From Mobula hypostoma (Eukaryota), in NCBI RefSeq assembly GCF_963921235.1, contig NC_086108.1:114764001-114828000 (forward strand): 64,000 nucleotides of DNA. Direction: 5' to 3'. Below are positions 11,916 through 25,335 of this stretch, in pieces. The position numbers and the translations under genes were made by a program. Numbering within the stretch: the first letter of the stretch is position 1; every line of letters starts with the position of its first letter. The notes beneath the pieces were generated by a model. The model worked only from the letters and a program-made list of their open reading frames with translations, ran no database searches and had not been told where the DNA came from.

Positions 11916-12651
11916 GTTACTGATATCCCTGTGATATCTGTCGTACCTGGACTTGCTATTGCTCACTCTGGACCCCGTTTCCCACAATCCCTGTAATCTC
12001 CACTTCCTGCATTCCCTTGGATCACAGAACACTACAGCACAGTACAGCACAGTACAGACCCTTCAGCCCACAGTATTGTTCTGACCTTTTAAAAATCAAT
12101 CCAATCATTCTCTCCTGCATAATCCTCCATTTTGCTATCATCCATGTGCCTATCTACGAGTCTCTTAAATGTCTCCTCTACCACAACGTTCGTGCTCCCA
12201 CCACTCTCTGTGCAAAACTACTACCTCTGGCATCCCTCTATACTTTCCGCCAGTCAAAAGATTTTGGTTGATTCCGAAGAGTGCTATATGAAGTCATTCT
12301 TACCCTTGTCCATTAGGTTCTATAATGAGTCAGCCTATAGCTCAGGATGTGATCAGACCCTCCTTGTTAGACTGTTTAAGGCAACTTATTGTTTATTTAT
12401 TCTTTCTTATCTTCTAATATTTGTATATTTATGCACATGTAATGCTACCATGACGCTGTAATTTTCTTTGGGCTGAATAAAGTATCGATCCATCCATCTA
12501 TTTATCTATCTATCAGCTCCCTGCACTGTTCACTGAAAACGCAAGTACATTGCTGCGTAATATGAGGGGTAACATCCAATAGACTGGAGAGTAGATGGCT
12601 GTGCTGGCTTCTCTGAGAGTCACTGATGTCCCTGATCTCAATCCACACCAG

Positions 12652-12801
12652 GATTGCACAGTGCCTGCTACCATGGCCATATCCGGCTGGTACAGTTCCT
12701 GCTGGACAGAGGGGCCGACATGAACCTGGTGGCGTCTGACCCCAGTCGCTCCAGCGGGGAGAAGGACGAGCAGACGTGCCTGATGTGGGCGTACGAGAAA
12801 G
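12652..12801 (+). CDS. TNNI3K: TNNI3K coding exon (ankyrin)
   Basis: accag|GA TTG CAC...AAA G|gtgagt; [49 protein letters not shown]; 150 nt. Confidence 0.96.
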
Positions 12802-12904
12802 GTGAGTCACTGCCAGGAGAGACCGTTAGCGGCTACAGTAGGGAGAAGTTGAGCTAGAGGCTGACGTGAGTGATTCAGAGACGTGGGCAACCCCAGTGCA
12901 AAGA

Positions 12905-13868
12905 GGTGGTACTGAGGGAGGGTCACACATTGGAGGGGTGGTACTGCGGGAGGGTGGTATTGAGGGCGGTCATACTGTGGGACGGTTGGTACTGGGGAAG
13001 GGTCATCCTGTGCTTGGGTGGTATTGGGAGGAGTCACACTGAGGGAGGGGTGGTACTGAGGGAGGGTCACACTGAGGGAGGGGTGGTACTGAGGGAGGGT
13101 CACACTGAGGGAGGGGTGGTACTGAGGGAGGGTCACACTGTGGAGGGGTGGTATTGGGAGGAGTCACACTGTGGGAGGGGTGGTACTGAGGGAGGGTCAC
13201 ACTGAGAGGGGTGGTACTGAGGGAGGGCCACACTGTGGGAGGGGTGGTACTGAGGGAGGGTCACACTGTGGGAGGGGTGGTACTGAGGGAGGGTCACACT
13301 GTGGGAGGGGTGGTACTGAGGGAGGGTCACACTGAGGGAGGGGTGGTACTGAGGGAGGGTCACACTGGGAGGGGTGGTACTGAGGGAGGGTCACACTGGG
13401 GGGGGTGGTATTCAGCGGGGGTCACACTGTGGGAGGGGTGGTACTGAGGGAGGGTCACACTGAGGGAGAGGTGGTATTCAGCGGGGGTCACACTGTGGGA
13501 GGGGTAGTACTGAGGGAGGGTCACACTGTGGGAAGGGTGGTACTGAGGGAGAGGTGGTACTGAGGGAGGGTCACACTGGGAGGGGTGGTACTGAGGGAGG
13601 GTCACACTGAGGGAGGGGTGGTACTGAGGGAGGGTCACACTGTGGGAGGGGTGGTATTCAGTGGGGGTCACACTGTGGGAGGGGTGGTACTGAGGGAGGG
13701 TCACACTGTGGGAGGGGTGGTACTGAGGGAGGGTCACACTGAGGGAGGGGCGGTACTGAGGGAGGGTCACACTGTGGGAGGGGCGGTACTGAGGGAGGGT
13801 CACACTGAGGGAGGGGCGGTACTGAAGGAGGGTCACACTGAGGGAGGGGCGGTACTGAGGGAGGGTCA
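12905..13868. repeat. 33-bp G-rich minisatellite, ~29 units
   Basis: Unit ggtactgagggagggtcacactg(a/t)gggaggggt; 11-aa periodicity in the ORF track. Confidence 0.95.
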
Positions 13869-13885
13869 GTGGTGTTTCAGTGTAA

Positions 13886-14700
<815 letters not shown>

Positions 14701-14839
14701 GACACGTTAGCAATATTGAAAAGCTATCTAGATAAGTGCATGGATAGGAGAGATTTGTAGAACTGTGGGCTAGATGTGGGCGAATTTGACCAGCTCACAG
14801 AGCAACACAAAATCAGTATCGGATCAGAGACACCCCAAA

Positions 14840-15751
14840 TACTACAGCTTGTGGAAATCTAGGGCAATGCACACAATGTGCTGGAGGAGCTGAGCATGTC
14901 AGGCAGCATCTATGGATGGAATAAACAGGCAACGTTTCAAGACAATACTCTTCATCAGGACTGGAAAGGAAGAGGGAAGAAGTCAGAATAAGAAGGGGGG
15001 AGGGGAGGAAGAAATACAAGGTGCAAATGACAGGTGAAACCGGACGAAGAAGAGGGGTGAAGTAAAGAGCTGGGAAGTTGATCAGTGGAAAAGAAAGGGC
15101 TGGAGAAAGGGAAATCTGAAATGAGAGAACAGAAGACCATGGAAGAAAGGGAAGGGGCGGGGGACTGGAGATGGCGGAAGTTAGGGAGAATTTTGTGGTG
15201 GATGCAGAGTTTTGTGGGGTGGTAGGTGAGGACAAGAGGAACCCTATCTTTGATAGTGTGGCAGGAGGATGGGGTGAGGACAGATGTGTGCAAAAAGGAA
15301 GAGATGCGGGTGAGGGCAGCATTGATGGTGGAGGAATGGGAGCCTCTTTCTTTGAGCTGTTCTGGAATGGGCAGCCTTATCCTGAAAGCAGATGCGGTGG
15401 AGACAGAGACTTAGAAAAGGGAATGGAAGTTTTACAAGTAACAGGGTGGGAAAAGGTATAGTCAGGATAGCTGCGAGTGTCAGTGGTTTTATAAAAGATA
15501 TCAGTAGAAAGGCAGACTGTCTCCAGAGATGGAGATAGATTGAATAAGGGAGAGAGGTGTCAGAAATAGACCAAGTAAATTTGAGGGCAGGGTGGAAGTT
15601 GGAGGGAAAACTACGTAGACCAGTCCATGTTCCAAGCCTACACTGGTATCGCTGCCCAACACTTCCTACACTATATTGATGACTGCAATGCTGCTTCTTC
15701 CTGCACCCACACTGAGCTAGTCAATTTCATCAACTTTTCCTGCAACTTCCA
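14840..15751 (-). mobile_element. Penelope-like retroelement fragment with an inverted 5' segment
   Basis: - strand DRVPLVLTYHP and SNFHPALKFTWSISDTSLP; + strand 15610-15751 HFLHYIDD..ELVNFINFSCNF (RT YIDD motif); terminal repeat with hammerhead motif. Confidence 0.8.
14926..14963 (-). ncRNA. Degenerate minimal hammerhead ribozyme
   Basis: - strand CAGTC-CTGATGA-a-GAG-tattgt-CTT-GAAA-C-GTT-GCCTG; core intact, one stem I mismatch. Confidence 0.55.
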
Positions 15752-15924
15752 AGGGAAAGGTTCAGGATGTATTCGGAACTGGAGGGCTTGGATTATACGG
15801 GCACGGAAGCTGGAGGGAGGAGAGGTGGGTGGGACAGGAGGAGTTTCAGGGATGGAGGAGTCAGGCTGAGTGGACTATTTGAGTCCATGCATTTGGTGTA
15901 AAACCAGCCTCCTCTCTCTTGCAG

Positions 15925-15981
15925 ACGGCTCCTACGTCTCCGTTCCATCACCGCTTGGGAAGATCAAGAGCATGACGAAAG
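15925..15981 (+). CDS. TNNI3K: TNNI3K coding exon
   Basis: ttgcag|AC GGC TCC...AAA G|gtgagt; (D)GSYVSVPSPLGKIKSMTK; 57 nt. Confidence 0.95.
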
Positions 15982-16180
15982 GTGAGTGGAGTGAGGTTTG
16001 TGTATCGCGGTCTCTCAGTCACCATGGTAACGAACACATTACAGACTCCCGTCCTCCACTGGAATTTCATGCCTCTTGTTTCAGAGTCACTCAGCACAAA
16101 AACTGACCTACCGACTCATTGAGTCCGTGATGACCATCGCACTGATCTACTGATCAGTCCGACACTGATCCCATTTTATT

Positions 16181-16300
16181 CCTGAAGAAGGGTCTCGGCT
16201 CGAAGTGTCGACTGTTTATTTATTTCCATAGATGCTGTCCGACCCGTTGAGTTCCCCCAGCATTGCTCAATATCTCCAGCATCTGCAGAATCTCGTTTTC
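16181..16300 (+). mobile_element. Penelope terminal-repeat fragment with a decayed hammerhead motif
   Basis: cctgaagaagggtctcggctcgaagtgtcgactg followed by ccatagatgctg..gagttcccccagca. Confidence 0.65.
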
Positions 16301-16589
16301 CTCATTTTACCCTTCCCCTCATTCCCATCAACTACCCCCAGATTCCATACTTCACCCACACACTGGGGATAATTTACAACGAACAATTAACCCACGTCTT
16401 TGCATACGGGGGGGAATCAGAGCACCCGGAGAAAACCACACAGTCACATGGAGAACGTGCAAACTCCAGACAGACAGTCGGGAGTGAACCCGGCTCTCTG
16501 GGACAATGAGCACTATCTGCTGCACTGCTGATTTATAGAAACATAGGGAGTTGAAATTGACTGTTTCATGCCAGAGTCTCCTCCCTTCA

Positions 16590-17286
16590 CCTCTTAGGTT
16601 CACGAGAAATGAGAATGATAGCATTAACGTATGAGGAGCGACTTATGGCTCTGAGCCTGTACCTGCTGGAGTTTAGAAGAATGAGGAGGGATCTCATTGA
16701 AACCTATCAAATATTGAAGGGCCTAGAGAGAGTAGATGTAGATGGTTCCTCCCACATACCAGACATCGGGTCAGGGCACCAGACAGTTGTGGGCATGCTG
16801 TGTTGGCACCAGATGCAGGGTGAGCACATTCACTGAGCCTCCAGCACATCCTCAGATTGTGTTGGTTGTTGACATAAATGATGCATTTCGCGGTACCTTT
16901 CAATATTTTATGATCTAGTTGAAACCTATTGAATACTGAAAGACCTAGATAGAGTGACTGTGGAGAGGATGTTCCCCATAGTGGGGCAGTCTAGGACCAG
17001 AGGACACCAATTCAGGCTAGAGTGACATCCCGTAGAGCAGGGATTGAGGAGGAGTTTCTTTAGCCAGAGGGTAGTGAATCTGTGGAATTCATTGCTATGG
17101 ATGGCTGTGGAGGCCGCATTATTGGGGTTCTTTAAAGCAGAGGTCGATAGATTTTTGATTAGTCAATGCGTCAAAGGTGACAGGGAGAAGGCAGCAGAAT
17201 GGGGTTGGGAGGGATAATAAATCAGCCATGATGGAATAGTGAAGAAGACTCGATCAGCCAAATGACCTAATTCTGGTCCCATGTCT
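16590..17286 (+). mobile_element. CR1 3' fragment(s) ending 13 nt before a TNNI3K acceptor
   Basis: TYEERLMALSLYLLEFRRMRRDLIETYQILKGLERVD; 3' end gactcgatcagccaaatgacctaattctggtcccatgtct. Confidence 0.8.
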
Positions 17287-17299
17287 CTCTCCCTGTCAG

Positions 17300-17531
<232 letters not shown>

Positions 17532-17914
17532 TGAGATGCCACCTGAAGAAGCAACGTTGTGGGCCAGTGAACGATCTCAGACGGCCATTGTCCGTGGTAT
17601 TGATAATCGTTGTGTATGGACAACATAGCAATGGTGCAGTTAGCACAATTGCGTTACAGCACCAGCCATCACCAATCAGGGTTCAGTTCCTGCCGTTATC
17701 TGTAAGGAGTTTGTACATTCTCTCTCAGACCCCATGGGTCTCCTCTGGGTGCTCTGGTCTCATCCCCCAGTACATAAACGTACGGGTTAGGGTTAGTAAG
17801 TTGTGGGCACCAGAGGCATGGTGAGACTTTCGGAGTGCTCCCAGCACATCCTCGAACTCTGGTAGTTGTTAATGGAAACAACACATTTCATATATGTTTC
17901 GATGTTTCCACAAC

Positions 17915-19895
17915 ACCATGAAACATAGGAGCAGAATTAGGCCATTCAGCCCATCGCATCTGCTCCACCATTCTATCATGGTTGATCCCCGATCCCATTC
18001 AACCCATACACCTATATACCTGTCTTCTCGCCATATCCTTTGATGCCCTGACCAATCAAGAAACTATCAACTTCTGCCTTAAATATACCCACAGACTTGA
18101 CCTCCACCGCAGTCTGTGACAGAGCATTCCACAGATTCACTACTAAAAAATCTCCTCCTTATCTCTGTTCTGAAAGGTTACCCCTCAGCTTTGAGGCTGT
18201 GCCCTCTAGTTCTGGATACCCCCACCACAGGAAATATCTTCTCCATATCCACCTTAAATAGTCCTTTCAACATTCGGTAGGCTTCAATGAGATCCCCCCC
18301 CACATTCTTCTAAATTCCAGTGAGGGCAGCCCCAAAGCTGCCAAATACTCCTCGTGTTAACCCCTTCATTCCCAGAATCATCTTCGTGAACCTCTTCTGG
18401 ACTCTCTCCAATGACAACACATCCTTTCTGAGATATGTGGCCTTAAACAGTTGACAATACTCTGAGTGCGGCCTGACTAGTGTCTCATAAAGGCTCAGCA
18501 TTATCTCTTTGCTTTTATATTCTATTCCCCCTGAAATAAATGCCAATATTGCTTGTACCTTCTTCACCACAGACTCAATCTGTAAGTTAACCTCTGGGAG
18601 TCTTGCCCGAGAACTCCTAAGTCCCTTTGCACTTCTGAGTTTTGAATTTTCCACCTTGCTGCACCTTGTGAACTATTCTGAGAAACTTCAGCCATCTCTG
18701 CTCTGCCATGATCCCCACCAATGTGCTCCTCCATTCCACCTGGGCAAGCTCCTCTTGTACGTCTGTAATTCCCTTCATTCCATTGCAATGCTGATACATG
18801 TGAGTTATGCTTCTCCCTCTCAAAGTGCAGGATGAATTCAATCATATTATGATCACTGTCTCCTAAGGGTTCCTTTATCTTAAGCTCCCTAATAAGATCT
18901 GGGTTATTACACAACACCCAATCTAAGGTAACCTTTCCCCGAGTAGGCTCACACACAAGCTGCTCTAAAAAGCCATCTCACAGGCATTCAACAAATTCAT
19001 TCTCTTGTGATCCAATGCCAACCTGATATTCCCAATCCCCTTCCATATTGAAGTTCCCATTACAATTGTGTCCTTGCCTTTATTCCATGCCTTTTCTAGT
19101 TACCTTTGCAACCTCAACCCCACATTTTTGCTACTATTTTGAGGCCTATATATGATCCCATAATGCCTGGGGAAGCTCCTCTCTCATGCCTCTGTAATTC
19201 CCTTCATTCCATTGCAATACTGATACATGAAACTTGTGCTACTCCCCCTCAAATTGCAGTCTGTATTGAATTTTCCCAATTCCCTTGCATATTGAAGTCC
19301 CCCATTACGAGTATGACATTATCCTTATTACAGGCCTTTCCCAGCTCCCTCTGCAATCTCAGCCCCACATCTTGGCTACTATTTGCAGGCCATGATTTCC
19401 ATATTGTTTTATTTACCCTTGCAATTTCTTAACTCCAGCCCCAAAGATTCACCATTCTCTGACCCTATGTCACCTCTTTCTAAAGATGTAATTCCATCTC
19501 TTACCAACAGAGCCACACCACTCCCTGTGCCTTTCTGCCTGTCCTTCCGATACAAAGTATATCCTTTGATATTAAGCTCCCAACTCTGGCCTTCTTTCAG
19601 CCATGACTCAGTGATGCCCACAACATCATACTGACCAATCTCTAATTGCGCCACGAGTTCATCCACATTATTCCAAATGCCAGGTGCATTTAAACACTGC
19701 ACCTTCAGCCCTGCTTTCTTCACCCTTTTGAATTTTGCCTCTGTGGTACAATTTCACTCTTTGCTCTGTCTGCATTTGTACCCAGTCATTGGCTTGTCCT
19801 TCCTTACATTCATGTTACACCCATCATCTACTTGTAAACCTGCTGGCTCATCCTCAGCTCTATCACACTGGTTCCCTTCCCCTGACATATTAGTT
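17915..19895 (-). mobile_element. CR1 LINE, internally deleted or rearranged
   Basis: Endonuclease ORFs 19409-19723 (YDVVGITESWL) and 18564-18956 (LGDSDHNMIEF) lie directly beside the C-terminal ORF 18310-18654. Confidence 0.8.
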
Positions 19896-22416
19896 TTGAT
19901 GTAGAAGTGACAAGCAAAGCTAATATTTAATCGTGATCTTTCATTGATGGGGTGTGCCAGTAGCTGGAGAGGATGTTATTGTTGTGCCATCACTATCTCA
20001 CTATCCCAACGCCAGCAAAGACTCAGTGGGCCAAAAGTGGATAGTAAAGTTTTTTAAAGTAGAACATAGAAACATAGAAAACCTACAGCACAATACAGGC
20101 TCTTTGGCCCACAAAGCTGTGCCGAACATGTCCTTTTCTTAGAACTACCTAGACTTTACCCATAGTCCCCTATTTTTCTAAGATCCATGTAGACATCCAG
20201 GAGTCTCTTAAAAGACCCCATCGTTTCTGCCCCCACCACCGCCGCCGGCAGCCCATTCCACGCACTCTGCGCAAAAAAACTTACCCCTGACATCTCCTCT
20301 GTACCGACTTCCAAGCACCTTAAAACTATGCCCTCTTGTGCTAGCCATTTCAGCTCTGGGGAAAAGCCTCTGACTATCCACATGATCAATGCTTCTCATC
20401 ATCTTATACACCTCTATCAGGTCACCTCTCATCCTCTGTTGCTCCAAGCAGAAAAGGCCAAGTTCTCATATTCTATTCTCATAGGGCATGCTCCCCAATC
20501 CAGGCAACATCCTTGTAAATCTCCTCTGTACCCTTTCCACGTCCCTCCTGTAGTGGGGCAACCAGAATTGAGCACAGTACTCCAAGTGGGGTCTGACCAG
20601 GGTCCTATATAGCTGCAACATTACCTCTCGTCTCTTAAACTCAATCCCACGATTGATGAAGGCCAATGCACTGTATGCCTTCTTAACCACAGAGTCAATC
20701 TCCATAGCAGCTTTGAGTGTTCTATGGATCCTTCTGATCCTTTGCACTGCCAAGAGTCTTGCCATTAATGCTATATTCTGCCATCGTATTTGACCTACCA
20801 AAATGAACCACCCCACACTTATCTGGGTTGAACTCCATCTGCCACTTCTCAGCCCAGTTTTGCATCCTATTGATGCCCCACTGTAACCTCTGACAACCCT
20901 CCACACTATCCACAACACCCCCAACCTTTGTGTCATCAGCAAATTTACTAACCCATCCTTCCACTTCCTCATCCGGTCATTTATAAAAATCACAAAGAGC
21001 AGGGGTCCCAGAACAGACCCCTGAGGCACACCACTGGTCACCGACCTCCATGCAGAATATGACCCATCTACAACCACTCTTTGCCTTCTGTGGGCAAGCC
21101 AGTTCTGGATCCACAAAGCAATGTCCCCTTGGATCCCATGCCTCCTTACTTTCTCAATAAGCCTTGCATGGGGTACCTTGTCAAATGCCTTGCTGAAATC
21201 CATATACACTACATCTACTGTTCTACCTTCAATGTGTTTAGTCACATTCTCAAAAATTCAATCAGGCTCTTAAGGCATGACCTGCCTTTGACAAAGCCAT
21301 GTTGACTATTCCTAATCATATTATGCCTCTCCAAATGTTTATAAATCCTGCCTCTCAGAATCTTCTCCGTCAACTTACCAACCACTGAAGTAAGACTCAC
21401 TGGCCTATAATTTCCTGGGCTATCCCTACTTCCTTTCTTGAATAAGGGAACAACATCCGCAACCCTCCAATCCTCTGGAACTTCTCCTGTCCTCATCGAT
21501 GATGCAAAGATGATCGCCAGAGGCTCAGCAATCTCCTCCCTTGCTTCCCACAGTAGCCTGAGGTACATCCTGTCAGGTCTCGGTGACTTATCCAACTTGA
21601 TGCTTTACAAAAACTCCAGCACATCCTCTTCCTTAATATCTACATGCTCAAGTTTTCAGTCCACTGCAAGTCATCCCTACCATCGACAAGATCCTTTTCT
21701 GCAGTGAATACTGAAGCAAAGTATTCATTAGGTACCTCTGCTATCTGCTCTGGTTCCATACACACTTTTCCACTGTCACAGTTGATTGGTCCTGTTCTCT
21801 CATGTCTTATCCTCTTGCTCTTCACGTACTTGTAGAATGCTTTGGGGTTTTCCTTAATCCTGTCTGCCAAGGCCTTCTCATGGTCCCTGCTGGCTCTCCT
21901 AATTTCATACTTAAGATCCTTCCTGCTTGCCTTATAATCTTCTAGATTCCTATCATTACCTAGTGTTTTGAACCTTTCATGATCTCTCCTTTTCTTCTTG
22001 ACTAGATTTACAACAGCCTTTGTACACCATGGTTCCTGGACCCTATCCTTTCCATGTCTCATTGGAATGTACCTACTCAGAGCCCCACACAAATATCCTC
22101 TGAACATTTGCCACATTTCTTCTGTACATTTCCTTGAGAATGTCTGTTTCCAATTTATGCTTCCAAGTTCCTACCTAATTGCCTCATATTTCCCCTTACT
22201 CCAATTAAACGTTTCCCTAACTTGTCTGTTCCTATCCTTCTCCAATGCTATGGTAAAGGAGATAGAATTGTGATCACTATCTCCAAAATGCTTCCCCACT
22301 GACACCTGACCAGGTTCATTTCCCAATAAGAGATCAAGTACAGCCTCTCCTCTGTAGGCTTATCTACATATTGTGTCAAGAAACCTTCCTGAACACACCT
22401 AACAAACTCCACCCCA

Positions 22417-24574
22417 GTTTTAATTGGGGAAGGGCAAATTATGAGGTTATGAGGCTAAAAGGCTAGAACTTGCGGGTGTGAATTGGGATGATGTTTTTGC
22501 AGGGAAATGTACTATGGACATATGGTCGAAGTTTAGAGATCTCTTGCAGGATGTTAGGGATAAATTTGTCCCGGTAAGGAAGATAAAGAATGGTAGGGTG
22601 AAGGAACCATGGGTGACAAGGGAGGTGGAAAATCTAGTCAGGTGGAAGAAGGCAGCATACATGAGGTTTAGGAAGCAAGGATCAGATGGGTCTATTGAGG
22701 AATATAGGGAAGCAAGAAAGGAGCTTACGAAGGGGCTGAGGAGAGCAAGAAGGGGGCATAAAAAGGCCTTGGCGAGTAGGGTAAAGGAAAACCCCAAGGC
22801 ATTCTTCAATTATGTGAAGAAAAAAGGATGACAGGAGTGAAGGTAGGACCAATTAGAGATAAAGGTGGGAAGATGTGCCTGGAAGTGAGCGAGGTCCTCA
22901 ATGAATACTTCTCTTCGGTATTCACCAATGAGAGGGAACTTGATGACGATGAGGACAATATGAGTGAGGTTGATGTTCTGGAGCATGCAGATATTAAGGG
23001 AGAAGAGGTGTTGGAGTTGTTAAAATACATTAGGACAGATAAGTCCCTGGGGCCTGACGGAATATTCCCTAGGCTGCTCCACGAGGCGAGAGAAGAGATT
23101 GCTGAGCCTCTGGCTAGGATCTTTATATCCTCGTTGTCCACGGGAATGGTACCAGAGGATTGGAGGGAGGCGAATGTTGTCCCCTTGTTCAAAAAAGGTA
23201 GTAGGGATAGTCTGGATAATTATAGACCAGTAAGCCTTACGTCTGTGGTGGGAAAGCTGTTGGAAAAGATGCTTAGAGATAGGATATATAGGCATTTAGA
23301 GAATCATGGTCTGATCAGGGACAATCAGCATGGCTTTGTGAAGGGCAGATCATGTCTAACAAGTCTGATAGAGTTCTTTGAGGAGGTGACCAGGCATATA
23401 GATGAGGGTAGTGCAGTGGATGTGATCTATATGAATTCCAGCAAGGCATTTGACAATGTTCCAAATGGTAGGCTTATTCAGAAAGTCAGAAAGCATGGGA
23501 TCCAGGGAAGTTTGGCCAGGTGGATTCAGTATTGGCTTGCCTGCAGAAGGCAGAGGGTGGTGGTGGAGGGAGTACATTCAGATTGGAGGATCGTGACTAG
23601 TGGTGTCCCACAAGGATCTGTTCTGGGACCTCTACTTTTCGTGATTTTTATTTACGACCCGGATGTGGGGGTAGAACGGTGGGTTGGCAAGTTTGCAGAT
23701 GACACAAAGGTTGGTGGTGTTGTAGATAGTGTAGAGGATTGTCAAAGATTGCAGAGAGACATTGATGGGATGCAGAAGTGGGCTGAGAAGTGGCAGATGG
23801 AGTTCAACCCGGAGAAGTGTGAGGTGGTACACTTTGGAAGGACAAACTCCAAGGCAGAGTACAAAGTAAATGGCAGGATACCTGGTAGTGTGGAGGAGCA
23901 GAGGGATCTGGGGGTACATGTCCACAGATGCTTGAAAGTTGCCTCACAGGTAGATAGTGTAGTTAAGAAAGCTTATGGGGTGTTAGCTTTCATCATAAGT
24001 CAAGAGATAGAGTTCAAAAGTCGCGATGTAATGATGCAGCTCTATAAAACTCTGGTTAGGCCACACTTGGAGTACTGTGTCCAGTTCTGGTCACCTTACT
24101 ATAGGAACGATGTGGAAGCATTGGAAAGGGTACAGAGGAGATTTACCAAGATGCTGCCTGGTTTAGAGAGTATGGATTATGATCAGAGATTAAGGCTTTA
24201 CTCTTTGGAGAGAAGGAGGATGAGAGGAGACATGATAGATGTGTACAAGATAATAAGAGGAATAGATAGAGTGGATAGCCAGCGCCTCTTCCTCAGGGCA
24301 CCACTGCTCAATACATGGCTTTAGGGTAAGGGGTGGGAAGTTCAAGGGGGATATTAGAGGAAGGCTTTTTTACTCATAGAGTGGTTGGTGCGTGGAATGC
24401 ACTGCCCGAGTCGGTGGTGGAGCACGTACACTAGTGAAGTTTAAGAGACTACTAGACAGGTATATGGTGGAATTTAAGGTGGGGGGTTATATGGGAAGCA
24501 GGGTTTGAGGGTCAGCACAACATTGTGGGCCGAAGGGCCTGTAATGTGCTGTACTATTCTATGTTCTATGTTCT
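22417..24574 (+). mobile_element. Young 5'-truncated CR1 LINE
   Basis: 498-aa RT ORF 22828-24324 (PQGSVLGP, KFADDTK); (ttctatg)n tail. Confidence 0.93.
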
Positions 24575-24592
24575 AAACCCCTCACTCTAGGG

Positions 24593-25335
24593 CAGCGGTC
24601 CCCAACCACTGGGCCGCGGACCTGTACCGGGCCTCAAAGCCTGTGCTACCAGGCCACGAGGAAACGATATGAGTCAGCTGCACCTTTCCTCATTCGCTTT
24701 CACGCACTGTTGAACTTGAACATAGGGTTGCCAACTGTCCCGTATTTGCCAGGATATTCCGAATGTTGGGCTAAATTGGTTTGTCCCATACGGGACCGCC
24801 CTTGTCCCGTATTTCCCCTAAGGTAGAGCGTTCCTATGAAACCTTTCATGCCGAAATGGCGTAAAGTGAAGAAGCAATTACCATTAATTTATATGGGAAT
24901 AATTTTTGAGCGTGCCCAGACCCAAAAAATAACCTACCAAATCGTACCAAATAACATATAAAACCGTAATAACACTAACATATAGTAAAAGCAGGAATGA
25001 TATGATAAATACACAGACTGTGTAAAGTAGAAATAATGTATGTACAGTGTAGTCGGGAAGATTAAGCCAAAACCGACTTGTGGAAAAAGAAAATCGTCAA
25101 GGTGCCCGTGCAAGGCTTCATGGTCATGGTAGTCTTTCCTGGGGTAAAGTGTCCCACATTTGACTGCTACTTTTGTCCCTTATTTGGGAGTGAGAAAGTT
25201 GGCAACTCTAACTGTAAAAGACATGTTGAGGTGAGTTTAACCCTACTTGAACACCCCCCCCCCAAGTCGGCTGGTCCGCAAGATTATTGTCAATATTAAA
25301 CCGGTCAGCGGTGCAGAAAAGGTTGGGGGCCCCTG
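24593..25335. mobile_element. Non-autonomous hAT (Charlie-like) DNA transposon
   Basis: TIR CAGCGGTCCCCAACC / GGTTGGGGGCCCCTG; 8-bp TSD CTCTAGGG (24585-24592) / CCCTAGGG (25336-25343). Confidence 0.85.
24723..25245. mobile_element. Second non-autonomous hAT (Blackjack-like) nested in the first
   Basis: Ends TAGGGTT...AACCCTA; exact 8-bp TSD CTTGAACA (24715-24722, 25246-25253); extra internal right end GTTGGCAACTCTA ending at 25210. Confidence 0.75.

Noticed and set aside
22828..24324. 498-aa reverse transcriptase ORF as a host gene, retron or defence RT
   Set aside because: Ordinary 5'-truncated CR1 ORF2 with a microsatellite tail and a near-identical copy at 39-41 kb
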